NCBI GenBank assembly: GCA_041690395.1 | Contig: JAWLHJ010000003.1 | Location: forward strand, 1-64,000 | Length of the DNA: 64,000 bases | Source of the DNA: Longimicrobiales bacterium | GTDB lineage: Bacteria; Gemmatimonadota; Gemmatimonadetes; Longimicrobiales; Gaopeijiaceae | Reading direction: 5' to 3' | Shown here: piece by piece, positions 8,442-20,110 of the stretch | Layout of the letters: every line of letters begins with the position of its first letter | Position numbering within the stretch: position 1 is the first letter of the stretch | The notes under the pieces: generated by a model | The model's database searches: none | Seen by the model: the letters and a program-made list of their open reading frames with translations, nothing else | What the model was told of the DNA's origin: nothing | Translations under genes and position numbers: made by a program

Positions 8442-10567
8442 GCGATCGCGGCGCGGACATGAAGAAGAAGACCGGGACGCCGGGGGCGGCCGTGCACTGG
8501 CTCGTGCGCATCGCGGAGCGTGCGGGCTACGGCGACCGGGAGCGGCCCGACGTTCCGGCCGGGAACAAGGCCTCCGACGCCTGGAGCGACGTGGTAAGGG
8601 CCTACGGCCTCACGGACCGCGAGCTGGCGGAGCTGGTCGCTGAGTATTTCCGGCTGAACGTCGCGCAGCTCGACCGCGCCGATCCGAACGCCGCGTTGCT
8701 CATCCCCGAGACCATGGCGCGTAAGCACCACATCTACCCGATCGTGGAGGACGAGCGGCACTTCGTGGTCGCCACCTGCGACCCGACGGACGTGGAGGCT
8801 GAGCGCGCACTCGGTTTCAGCACGGGGCGGACGCCGCTCTTCGAGGTCGCCTCCCCCGGCGTCATCCAGGACGCGCTGGACCAGCGCTTCTCTCCGGAGA
8901 AGGCGGTGGACGCGCTCCTCGGAGGTCTGGGCGAGGACGTGAGCGAGGACGCTGTGCGCCTCGTGGAAGAGCTCGGCCCGGAGTCGATCAGCCAGGACGA
9001 GGTGACCGCGACGCCGGTCGTGAAGCTCACCAACCTGATCATCCGCGACGGCATCGCTCAGGGCGCCAGCGACATCCACATCGAGCCCGGGCGCAGGCTC
9101 GGCTCCGTCCGCTACCGCGTGGACGGGGTGCTCAGGAAGCACATGGACTTGCCGATGGCCGCGCTGAACCGCGTCATCTCCCGGATCAAGGTGCTCTCGA
9201 AGCTCGACATCGCGGACCGGCTACGCCCGCAGGACGGGAAGGCCCGGGTGCAGGTACGGGGTCGGGCGTACGATCTGCGCGTGTCGACCATTCCGGCCGG
9301 AGGGGCCGAGAAGTGCGTGATACGGGTTCTCGACTCGAGCGCCTCGCTCTCGTTGGAGGATCTCGAGATCCCGAGCAAGGAGCTCGAGCGGCTCCGCAGC
9401 CTGCTCGCTTACCGGGACGGCATCATGGTCGTCACGGGGCCCACGGGCTCCGGCAAGACCACGACGCTTTACGGGGCCCTCCGTGAGCTCGCCGACGGCA
9501 AGGTGAACATCATGACCGTCGAGGACCCCATCGAGTACGAGTTGCCCGGGGTTACGCAGACCCAGGTCCAGACGAAGCAGGGCATGACGTTCGCCGGCGC
9601 CCTCAGGGCGATGCTGCGACAGGATCCGGACGTGATCCTCGTCGGCGAGATCCGGGACAAGGAGACCGCCGTCACCGCGGCCCAGGCCGCCATGACCGGC
9701 CACCTGGTCCTCACGACGGTGCACGCGAACGACGCGGTGAGCACCGTGGCACGGCTGGCCGACCTGGGCCTCCAGTACAGCACGATCTCGCAGACGCTGC
9801 GCGGCACCGTAGCCCAGCGTCTCATCCGGCGTGTCTGCCCGGCGTGCGCCGAGCCCGTCCGCGGCCAGCTCACGCCCGACGAGAAGCGTCTCACGGAGCG
9901 GCACGGCATCGAGCCCGTCGTGCGCGCCGTGGGGTGTCCGGAGTGCGGCTTCACCGGATACCGGGGACGGTTGCCCGTGAACGAGGTGCTGATCGTCGGC
10001 CCCCGCTTCCAGCAGGCGATCGAGCAGCGGAAGGGGTGGTCCACGCTTCAGCGCGTGGCGATCCAGGGCGGCATGCGGACACTGCACGAGGTGGGGCTCG
10101 AGTGGGTCACGAAGTCCCGCACGACGCTCGTCGAGATCGAGCGTGTCCTGGGGCAGGGGCTCGACGACGTGCCGGAGGAGGCGGAGGCCGGGCCGCCACG
10201 CATGCTCCTCGTCGACGACGACGAGCAGGCGCGGTTGCTCGTCCGCACGCTGCTCGAAAAGGAGGGGTACGAGGTGTACGACGCCGAGGACGGCTACAAG
10301 GCGCTCGACATCCTCAAGAACGACCAGGACTTCCGGCTCGTGGTGCTGGATCTCCAGATGCCGGGGATGGACGGTCGGCAGGTTCTCGATCACATCCGGG
10401 GCTCGGTCGAGACCGCCGCCCTCCCGGTCCTGATCCGTACCGGGAAGGGGAGCGACCAGCTCGAGGCCGAGCTCCTCAATGCGGGGGCCGACGACTACGT
10501 CGACAAGTCCGTGGATGCGGACCGCTTCCTGGCGCGCGTCCAGGCGGTGTTGCGACGCGCCATCTGA
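8438..10567 (+). CDS. GspE/PilB-family secretion/pilus ATPase with C-terminal receiver domain
   Basis: ASDIHIEP, Walker A GPTGSGKT, TVEDPIEY, LRQDPDVILVGEIRD, TGHLVLTTVH, CPAC/CPEC Zn motif, then REC (LLVDDD...LDLQMPGMDG). Confidence 0.9.
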   Translation: MSDRGADMKKKTGTPGAAVHWLVRIAERAGYGDRERPDVPAGNKASDAWSDVVRAYGLTDRELAELVAEYFRLNVAQLDRADPNAALLIPETMARKHHIYPIVEDERHFVVATCDPTDVEAERALGFSTGRTPLFEVASPGVIQDALDQRFSPEKAVDALLGGLGEDVSEDAVRLVEELGPESISQDEVTATPVVKLTNLIIRDGIAQGASDIHIEPGRRLGSVRYRVDGVLRKHMDLPMAALNRVISRIKVLSKLDIADRLRPQDGKARVQVRGRAYDLRVSTIPAGGAEKCVIRVLDSSASLSLEDLEIPSKELERLRSLLAYRDGIMVVTGPTGSGKTTTLYGALRELADGKVNIMTVEDPIEYELPGVTQTQVQTKQGMTFAGALRAMLRQDPDVILVGEIRDKETAVTAAQAAMTGHLVLTTVHANDAVSTVARLADLGLQYSTISQTLRGTVAQRLIRRVCPACAEPVRGQLTPDEKRLTERHGIEPVVRAVGCPECGFTGYRGRLPVNEVLIVGPRFQQAIEQRKGWSTLQRVAIQGGMRTLHEVGLEWVTKSRTTLVEIERVLGQGLDDVPEEAEAGPPRMLLVDDDEQARLLVRTLLEKEGYEVYDAEDGYKALDILKNDQDFRLVVLDLQMPGMDGRQVLDHIRGSVETAALPVLIRTGKGSDQLEAELLNAGADDYVDKSVDADRFLARVQAVLRRAI

Positions 10568-10692
10568 GGGGTGCGGGACCGCCCCATAGCGGGTGGCGCC
10601 GGGAGGTTGATCGCGCGTCGCGTCTTCGTGACCTTAGCGTCTGCGTATCGTGACATTCACCCGGCGGTCCAGCCCCCACACGCGGACGACCC

Positions 10693-11766
10693 ATGGCCTC
10701 GCGACACACCCACGCCCTCCTGGCGCGCTCGGCGCCCCTCGTTCTCTCCACGCTCTTCTTCCTGCTTCCGCCAGCGGCCGAGGCCCAGCAGGGCCAGTAC
10801 CCGCAGGTGGATCTCGGCGGCCGCGCCCAGGTGCAGTATGCCCACTCGTCGATCGACGGCGCGGAGAACGACTTCTTCGCGCGACGGGTCCGACTACGGG
10901 CCGACGTGGCCGTCAACGAGTGGATCACCGGGCGGGTCCAGCCGGACTTCGCGGGTGGTGGCGCCGCCTTGCAGGACGCGTACGTCGAGCTCGCCTTCTC
11001 CGAGGGACTGCGCCTGACGATCGGGCAGTTCAAGCGGCCGTTCGACCTCTTCGACCTCGCGAGCTCCACCGATCTCTCGATCATCGAGCGGGACGGGCGG
11101 ATCGAGGGACTCGGCGGGTGCCCGGGCGTGGGAAGTGTATGCACACATCAGCGGCTGATGGAGTCGCTCCTCTTCGCCGGAAGGGACCAGGGCGTGATGC
11201 TCGAGGGCGAAGCCGGCCGCATCGGTTATTCGGCCATGCTCGCCAACGGTGAGGGCCCCAACACGAGCGACATCAACGACTCCAAGTCGTTCTCGAGCCG
11301 GGTATCGGTGATGGCCTCCGAGGATCTCACGATCGCCGGTAAGCTGGCGGTGCACGACTACCTCGAGACCCCGACCGAGACGAGCCAGGCGATGGCTTTC
11401 GGTGTGGACGCGGAGTGGGGCACCTGGCGTGACGGCTTCCATGCCCAGCTCTCCCTCGTCTCCGGTGAGAACTGGCGTTCGCTCGACGGCCTCGGCGACC
11501 CGGCGACGTTCCATGCTTTCGAGGGGTGGGCGTCCTTCTATCAGCCGCTCGACGGGGCCAGGGTCGTCGGAGTGGAGCCGCTGTTCCGGATCGGATATGC
11601 CGACGCGAACACCGACGGCGTCGACGACGCCGGACTCCTCTTCACGCCCGGGCTCATGTTCTACTTCGGCGGCCGCAACAAGTTCGGCGCCAACGTCGAT
11701 GTCTACAGCCCCGAAGCCGGCAGCTCGGAATACTCCCTGAAGCTGCAGACCTACCTGTACTTCTGA
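10693..11766 (+). CDS. Outer-membrane porin (OprO/OprP-like)
   Basis: Signal peptide, RRVRL motif, QDAYV, GQFKRPF, C-terminal aromatic YLYF beta-barrel signature. Confidence 0.75.
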   Translation: MASRHTHALLARSAPLVLSTLFFLLPPAAEAQQGQYPQVDLGGRAQVQYAHSSIDGAENDFFARRVRLRADVAVNEWITGRVQPDFAGGGAALQDAYVELAFSEGLRLTIGQFKRPFDLFDLASSTDLSIIERDGRIEGLGGCPGVGSVCTHQRLMESLLFAGRDQGVMLEGEAGRIGYSAMLANGEGPNTSDINDSKSFSSRVSVMASEDLTIAGKLAVHDYLETPTETSQAMAFGVDAEWGTWRDGFHAQLSLVSGENWRSLDGLGDPATFHAFEGWASFYQPLDGARVVGVEPLFRIGYADANTDGVDDAGLLFTPGLMFYFGGRNKFGANVDVYSPEAGSSEYSLKLQTYLYF

Positions 11767-11826
11767 CGATACGTGTCGCCCGGTGGAACCCCCGTCGGGT
11801 GGCGTGGCGTAGTACCGTCGAGCCGG

Positions 11827-11860
11827 TCGTGGTGGGTGCCCGCACGGGCACCCGCCGCGA
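11827..11860 (+). terminator. Hairpin after the porin gene (terminator-like, no U-tract)
   Basis: TCGTGGTGGGTGCCCG-ca-CGGGCACCCGCCGCGA inverted repeat with G-U pairs. Confidence 0.4.
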
Positions 11861-11889
11861 TTGACACGCCCACCCGCCCGGGGCAGCTT
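11861..11889 (+). promoter_or_regulatory. Putative sigma-70 promoter of secDF
   Basis: TTGACA-N17-CAGCTT. Confidence 0.45.
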
Positions 11890-11972
11890 TACGGGCTGTG
11901 ATCTCCGGGGCGGTGTACGCCGCCCACGACGGCCCTCAGAGGGCCCGCTTCTTCGTCGAACCCACGGTTCCC

Positions 11973-13616
11973 ATGTTCAAGACGGTCAGGGGTCGAATCA
12001 TCGCCATCCTCGTCATTCTGGCGGTATCGGGATGGCAGCTGTACTCCAGGGGGCTCAAGCTCGGCCTCGATCTCCAGGGCGGCATGCACCTCGTGCTCGA
12101 GGTGGACGATCCGGACGAGACCATGACGGACGAGGCCAAGTCCGACATGATCGACCGGATCGACCGCATCATTCGCACGCGGATCGACGAGCTGGGAGTC
12201 GAGGAGCCGCTCATCCAGAAGGTCGGGAACGACCGGCTCATCGTCGAGCTCGCCGGCATGAGCGACGAGGAGCGCGCCAAGGACATCGTCCGGCGGAACG
12301 CCTTCCTCGAGTTCAAGCTGGTGCTCCCCGCCGCGGAGATGGAGCAGGCCCTGCCGCGCATCGACCGGGCCATCGTGACGGCGCTCGGTGTCGATTCGAT
12401 CCGCGCCATGGGGCGGGACGTCCGGCAGGAGGGCCCCGACATCGAGCAGCTCCTCTTCGGTGGAGACACCGCCCAGGCCGGCGATTCGGCGCAGGCCGCG
12501 GACACGGCTCAGGCGACCGCGGCCGCGCAGGCCGCCGACTCGGCCCAGGCGGAAGCGGACGCGCTCCGACCATTCTCGTCATTGCTGAGCTTCGGTGACA
12601 TCGAGGGGACCTTCCTGGTCGCGTCGGAGGACATCCCGGTCGTCGATCACTTCCTGGCGCTGCCCGAGGTCGAGCGAGCGCTTCCGCGCAACCAGTCCCT
12701 CCAGTGGGGATCGGACATCGTCGCGAGGGGCGCCCGCACCTACCAGCGGCTCTACGTGCTGGAGTCCGAGGCCTTCCTGACCGGGGCCGAGCTCGAGAAC
12801 GCCACCGCCGGACGCGACCCGCAGTTCAACCAGTCGCAGGTGCAGTTCGAGCTTTCACGGGCGGGTGGCCGTCAGTTCCAGCGCTTCAGCGGCGCGAACG
12901 TCGGGAACTACCTCGCGATCGTGCTCGACGGGCAGGTGATGAGCGCCCCCGTCATCCGCGACCGCATCGGCGCGCGGGGCCAGATCGACATGGGCGCCAA
13001 CACGCCGATGGAGGAGGCGCGCGACCTCGCGCTCGTGCTGCGGGCCGGCGCGTTGCCCGCGCAGGTGAACATCATCGAGGAGCGCACGGTCGGTCCGTCG
13101 CTCGGCCAGGACTCCATCGACCAGGGACAGCTGGCCGGGATCGTCGGCATCCTGTTCGTGATCGGGATCATGATGGTCTACTACAGGGTCGCCGGGGTGC
13201 TCGCGGTCGGCGCGCTGTCCGTCTACGTCGTGCTGGTGCTCGGCGGGCTGGCAGGGATGGGGGCAACGCTCACACTTCCCGGGATCGCGGGCCTGATCCT
13301 GTCCATCGGTATGGCCGTGGACGCGAACGTCCTGATCTTCGAGCGCATCCGCGAGGAGCTCGACGCCGGACGCGCGACCCGCACAGCCGTGGACGAGGGC
13401 TTCGGGCACGCCCTGTCGGCCATCGTCGACGCAAACATCACCACGCTCATCACGGCGCTGATCCTGTTCCAGTTCGGCACGGGACCGGTGCGCGGATTCG
13501 CCGTGACGCTCTCGATCGGTATCGTGGCGTCGTTCTTCTCCGCGCTCTACGTGACGCGCACCCTGTTCCTGCTGTATCTGTCCGGCAAGAAGGCGTCGGA
13601 TCCGATCAGCATCTGA
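11973..13616 (+). CDS. secD: Protein translocase subunit SecD
   Basis: LGLDLQGG, RIDELGVEEP, AIVLDG, LRAGALPA, VGPSLG, GMAVDANVLIFERIREE. Confidence 0.97.
   Translation: MFKTVRGRIIAILVILAVSGWQLYSRGLKLGLDLQGGMHLVLEVDDPDETMTDEAKSDMIDRIDRIIRTRIDELGVEEPLIQKVGNDRLIVELAGMSDEERAKDIVRRNAFLEFKLVLPAAEMEQALPRIDRAIVTALGVDSIRAMGRDVRQEGPDIEQLLFGGDTAQAGDSAQAADTAQATAAAQAADSAQAEADALRPFSSLLSFGDIEGTFLVASEDIPVVDHFLALPEVERALPRNQSLQWGSDIVARGARTYQRLYVLESEAFLTGAELENATAGRDPQFNQSQVQFELSRAGGRQFQRFSGANVGNYLAIVLDGQVMSAPVIRDRIGARGQIDMGANTPMEEARDLALVLRAGALPAQVNIIEERTVGPSLGQDSIDQGQLAGIVGILFVIGIMMVYYRVAGVLAVGALSVYVVLVLGGLAGMGATLTLPGIAGLILSIGMAVDANVLIFERIREELDAGRATRTAVDEGFGHALSAIVDANITTLITALILFQFGTGPVRGFAVTLSIGIVASFFSALYVTRTLFLLYLSGKKASDPISI
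12465..12554 (+). repeat. In-frame degenerate 18-bp (6-aa) tandem repeat x5 within secD
   Basis: DTAQAG-DSAQAA-DTAQAT-AAAQAA-DSAQAE. Confidence 0.7.
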
Positions 13617-13626
13617 CGAGACACCC

Positions 13627-14583
13627 ATGAGAATCTTCGCCGACGCGTCTTTCAAGTTCATCGAGATCCGTAAGAAGGCTTACGTCTTCTCGGCGATCGT
13701 GGTGCTGGCCGGAGTGGCCGGCATGGTCGTCAACTTCGCGAGCATCGGGAGCTGGCAGAACTACGGGGTCGACTTCACCGGCGGCTCGCTGGTGCAGCTG
13801 CGCTTCGACGGTGAAGTGACGGCCGGCGACCTGCGGGCGGCCCTGGGCGGCGCCGAGGCACCACCGATCACCCGCTTCGGTGAGGATCACGAATTCGTGA
13901 TCCGGGCGCCCATCGCCGAGGATGCGTCGATCGAGGAGGTGGCCGGTGACATCGAGACCCAGGTGCGCGCCGCGCTGCCGAACGAGCCGTTCGAGGTCGT
14001 GCGCACCGAGCTGGTCGGTGCCAAGGTCGGGAACGAGCTGCAGCAGAAGGCCGCGCTCGCCATCCTGTTCTCCTTCGTGACGACGCTGATCTACCTGGCG
14101 TTCCGCTTCGAGCTCCGCTTCGGCTCGGCGGCCGTGATCGCGACCATGCACGACATCCTCGTGACGCTGGGCTTCCTGGCGCTCTTCCGCGTCGAGATCT
14201 CCCTGACGACGGTGGCCGCGCTACTCACCATCGTGGGTTACTCCCTGAACGACACCATCGTGGTGTTCGACCGGATCCGCGAGAACCTCGGCAAGAAGGG
14301 TGCGCGGAAACGCGACCCGATCGACGTCGTGAACGAGTCGATCAACGAGACGCTGCCCCGGACGTTCCTCACCTCGGGAACCACCCTGGCCGTGCTCTTC
14401 TGCCTGCTGCTGCTCGGCGGGCCGGTCATCCGGGACTTCACCCTGGTGCTGATCCTGGGTGTGGTCGTCGGGACGTACTCCTCGGTCTTCGTGGCGTCCC
14501 CTGCGCTCATCGAGATCCAGCAGCGGTGGGGGATGGGCAAGGCGGCCAGCGAGAAGAAACGACCCCAGCCCGCGACGGTGTGA
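13627..14583 (+). CDS. secF: Protein translocase subunit SecF
   Basis: GVDFTGG, IVGYSLNDTIVVFDRIRE, GTYSS. Confidence 0.97.
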   Translation: MRIFADASFKFIEIRKKAYVFSAIVVLAGVAGMVVNFASIGSWQNYGVDFTGGSLVQLRFDGEVTAGDLRAALGGAEAPPITRFGEDHEFVIRAPIAEDASIEEVAGDIETQVRAALPNEPFEVVRTELVGAKVGNELQQKAALAILFSFVTTLIYLAFRFELRFGSAAVIATMHDILVTLGFLALFRVEISLTTVAALLTIVGYSLNDTIVVFDRIRENLGKKGARKRDPIDVVNESINETLPRTFLTSGTTLAVLFCLLLLGGPVIRDFTLVLILGVVVGTYSSVFVASPALIEIQQRWGMGKAASEKKRPQPATV

Positions 14584-15370
14584 CCCGTTACTTCGACACC
14601 CACTGTCATTTGACCGACGCCGCCTTCCGGGAAGACCGGGAGGCGGTGTTTCGTAGGGCCGCGGAAGCCGGCGTTCAGCGCATGGTGACCATCGCCTCGA
14701 ACGTGGCCGACGCCGAGGCGGCCGTCGCGCTGGCAACGGGGCGCGAAGGGCTCTGGAGCACGGCGGGCGTCCACCCGCACGAAGCCGGAGGGGCGGCGTC
14801 GGACGCCGTCGACCGTGTCCACGCGGTCGCCTCGAGCGCTCCGGACGTCGTGGTGGCGATCGGGGAGACCGGGCTGGACTATCACTACGACAACGCGCCG
14901 CGGGACGTCCAGCGGCGGCTGTTCGCCGACCATCTCGCGCTGGGCGCGGAGCTGGGCTTGCCGGTCGTCGTCCACGCCCGCGAGGCCGACGACGACGTGG
15001 CCGCCGCGCTCCGGGACATGCCGGCGGGCACCGTGGGTGTCCTCCACTGCTTCACCGGCGGCGACCGCGCCTTCGAGCAGGCGATGCGGGCCGGCTGGTA
15101 CGTGTCGTTTTCCGGCATCGCCTCGTTCAAGAGCTTCGGGGCGGCCGACCTGCTGCGCGAGGTTCCCTCGGACCGTCTCCTGATCGAGACCGACGCGCCG
15201 TATCTCTCGCCCGTGCCGCTCCGGGGCAGGCGCAACGAGCCGGCCCACGTGCCGCACGTGGCCCGGGCCGTCGCCGAGCATCTCGGGCGTGACCCGGAGG
15301 AGGTGGCGGATACGACCTGGCGCAACGCCTGTCGGTTCTACGGACTTCCGGACACGGGCGAGGCGGGCGC

Positions 15371-15374
<4 letters not shown>
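14580..15374 (+). CDS. tatD: TatD-family DNase/hydrolase
   Basis: DTHCH, GVHPH, AIGETGLDY, VLHCF, LIETDAPY; GTG start overlaps the secF stop. Confidence 0.93.
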
Positions 15375-17205
<1,831 letters not shown>

Positions 17206-17209
<4 letters not shown>

Positions 17210-18198
17210 GCGGCGGCGGGGCGCCCGCGCCGCGCTTCCTCGCGCTCGTGGGGGCCACGACGTCGGGCAAGACCGAGCTCTCGGAGGCGCTGGCCCGCCA
17301 TCTCGACGTCGAGATCGTCTCGGTGGACTCGCGTCAGGTGTACCGGGGGATGGACATCGGCACCGACAAGGTCTCGGCAGAAGCCCGCCGCCGGATTCCC
17401 CACCACGGCCTTGACCTGATCGATCCCGACGAGCGGTACTCGGCCGGTCGGTTCGCGCGCGACGCGCGACGGTGGATCGGGGAGATCGAGGGGCGGGGAC
17501 GCGTTCCGCTGCTGGTGGGCGGGACGGGCTTCTTCCTGAAGGCCCTCACCGAGCCGATCTTCCAGGAGCCGGTGCTGGACGAAGACCGCCTCGGCCGTCT
17601 CAGGCGCTGGCTCGGAGAGCGACCGCGGGAGCGACTCGAGGCATGGGTTCGGCTCCTCGACCCGGAGCGGGCCGACCTGGCGATCGAGGGCGGACCGCAG
17701 CGGATGAGCCGCAGCCTGGAGGTGCCGCTCCTCACCGGCCGGCCGCTCTCCTGGTGGCACGTGGAGGCCCCGATGGAGGCCGAGCCTGTGCCGGGGGTGG
17801 TCGTCCTCCTCCGCGTACCGCGCGAGGAGCTCGACACTCGAATCGCCGAGCGGGTCGAACGGATGTTGGAACGCGGCCTGGTGAGCGAGGTAAGGGGGCT
17901 GCTCGACGCCGGCTACGGCGCGGATGCGCCGGGAATGAGTGCCACCGGGTACCGGGAGATCATCGATCATCTCTCCGGTGAGGCGTCGTTGGAGGAGGCG
18001 GCCGAGGCGATCCGGGTTTCAACGCGCCGCTACGCCCGCAGACAGATCACGTGGTTCCGCCATCAGCTCCCCGAGGACGCGGTGCGCATCGACGCGACCG
18101 TGCCCCTGGCCGAGCGGGTACGGCGCACACTCGAGATATGGTCGGCCCGCTCGACGGGAGCTTCCGCCGAGCCGACCGACAAGGGAGAGGGAGCATGA
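17206..18198 (+). CDS. miaA: tRNA dimethylallyltransferase
   Basis: GATTSGKT, DSRQVYRGMDIGTDK, VGGTGFF, TRRYARRQITWF. Confidence 0.95.
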
Positions 18199-19331
18199 AG
18201 GTCGGAATCACCTGCTATCCCACATACGGAGGTTCGGGCGCGGTGGCGACCGAGTTGGGCCTCCTTCTCGCGGAGCGGGGTCACGAGGTCCACTTCGTGA
18301 CGTACGACCAGCCGTTCCGCCTCGGTGGCTACCGGGAGCGCGTGTACTTCCACGAAGTCGAAATGGCGGGTTATCCGCTCTTCGAGCACCCCCCGTACTC
18401 TCTCGCGTTGGCCGTCGCGCTCCATGACGCCGCCCGCAAGTACGAGCTGGACCTCGTGCACATGCACTACGCGATCCCCCACGCCGCGTCCGCGTTCCTC
18501 GCTCGCGAGATGCTCAAAGGGGAGCGGGACCTCCGCATCGTCACGACGCTGCACGGCACGGACATCACGCTCGTGGGGCTCCACCCGTCGTTCCAGGCCA
18601 TCACGCAGTTCTCGATCCTGCAGTCCGACGGTCTTTCGGCGGTATCGGATTACCTCAAGCGCGAGACCGTTCGCGACTTCGCCGTGCCCGCCGAGCGCAT
18701 CGAGGTCATCCCGAACTTCGTCGACACGGACCTGTTCAGGCCCGGGCGTGAGCCCTGCCACAGGGCGAGCCTCGCGCCGGGGGGCGAGCAGATCGTCATG
18801 CACGTCTCGAACTTCCGGGCCGTGAAGCGCGTCGAGGACGTCGTCGAGGTCTTCAGCCGGATCCGCGCGAAGGTCCCGACTCGGTTGGTGTTCGTGGGTG
18901 ACGGGCCCGAGCGGCCGAGGGCGGCCCAGCGCGCGGACGATCTCGGCGTGCGTGACCATGTGCTGTTCCTCGGGAAGCACGCTTCCGTGGACGAGCTGCT
19001 GCCCTGTGCCGATCTCTTCCTGCTTCCGTCCGAGAGCGAGTCCTTCGGTCTCGCGGCGCTGGAGGCGATGGCGTCCGGGGCTCCGGTCGTCGCGTCGAAC
19101 GCGGGCGGCTTGACGGAGGTGATCGAGCACGGGGTCAGCGGGTACCTCTTCCCGGTCGGAGCGGTCGAGGAGATGGCCGAGGCGGGGACTCGCCTCCTCA
19201 CGGACACGGGTCTCCGTGAGCGGGTCACGACGGCGGCCCGTGACCGTGCCATCGACCGTTTCTCGGCCGACCGCGTCGTGTCGCGGTACGAGGACCTCTA
19301 TCGGCGGGTCATCGAGGGAGGATCTCGTTGA
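18195..19331 (+). CDS. bshA: N-acetyl-alpha-D-glucosaminyl L-malate synthase (bacillithiol biosynthesis, GT4)
   Basis: MKVGITCYPTYGGSGAVATELG, HMHYAIPHA, TTLHGTDITLVG, HVSNFRAVKR, ESFGLAALEAM. Confidence 0.9.
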   Translation: MKVGITCYPTYGGSGAVATELGLLLAERGHEVHFVTYDQPFRLGGYRERVYFHEVEMAGYPLFEHPPYSLALAVALHDAARKYELDLVHMHYAIPHAASAFLAREMLKGERDLRIVTTLHGTDITLVGLHPSFQAITQFSILQSDGLSAVSDYLKRETVRDFAVPAERIEVIPNFVDTDLFRPGREPCHRASLAPGGEQIVMHVSNFRAVKRVEDVVEVFSRIRAKVPTRLVFVGDGPERPRAAQRADDLGVRDHVLFLGKHASVDELLPCADLFLLPSESESFGLAALEAMASGAPVVASNAGGLTEVIEHGVSGYLFPVGAVEEMAEAGTRLLTDTGLRERVTTAARDRAIDRFSADRVVSRYEDLYRRVIEGGSR

Positions 19332-20110
19332 GTCCCTGGGAGGCGTTGGTGCTCGGCGTCGTCCAGGGCGCTACGGAGTTCCTGCCCGTGTCCAGCTCCG
19401 GGCATCTCGTCATCGTCCAGGCGCTCCTGGGCGTTCGCATTCCGGGCGTGTTCTTCGAGATCGCGGTGCACGTCGCCACCCTGATCTCGGTGCTGGTCGT
19501 GTACCGGAGGCGTGTGACCGGGCTCGCGACCGGCGTCGTGGCGGGGGACCGGGACGCCGTGCGCTATGTGCTCCTGATCGCCGTCGCGACGGTGCCTGCC
19601 GGGCTTCTGGGGGTGTTCGCCAAGGATCCGATCGAGGCGCTCTTCGACGTGCCGGCCGCGCCGGGCATCGCGCTTCTCGTGACAGGGGCGTTTCTCTGGA
19701 CGAGCCGTTGGGCGCTCCCGAGGGCTACGAACGACCGCTTCGGCTGGGGCGTCGCCCTGCTGATCGGGATGGCCCAGGCGTGCGCGCTGGTTCCGGGGAT
19801 CTCCCGGGCGGGCGCCACGGTCGTCGCGGCGCTCTGGCTCGGAACGCAGGCCCGGGAGGCCGCGGCGTTCTCCTTCCTCATGTCGATCCCCGTGATCGCC
19901 GGAGCGGCAGTGCTCCAGGTCCCCGAGCTCCAGGGTGGGCTCGGCATCGGCGTGGCTCCGCTCATCGTCGGCGCGGTGGCGGCGGCCGTCACCGGCGTGC
20001 TGGCGATCCGGACCTTCGTCGCGGTCCTGGCCAGGGAGTCGTTCCACTACTTCGCCCCGTACTGCTGGGCCGTGGGTTCGGGCTTCCTGGTCTTCCTCTG
20101 GCTCACGTGA
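19328..20110 (+). CDS. uppP: Undecaprenyl-diphosphatase
   Basis: QGATEFLPVSSSGHL, PGISRAGAT, FSFLMSIP. Confidence 0.93.
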   Translation: MSPWEALVLGVVQGATEFLPVSSSGHLVIVQALLGVRIPGVFFEIAVHVATLISVLVVYRRRVTGLATGVVAGDRDAVRYVLLIAVATVPAGLLGVFAKDPIEALFDVPAAPGIALLVTGAFLWTSRWALPRATNDRFGWGVALLIGMAQACALVPGISRAGATVVAALWLGTQAREAAAFSFLMSIPVIAGAAVLQVPELQGGLGIGVAPLIVGAVAAAVTGVLAIRTFVAVLARESFHYFAPYCWAVGSGFLVFLWLT

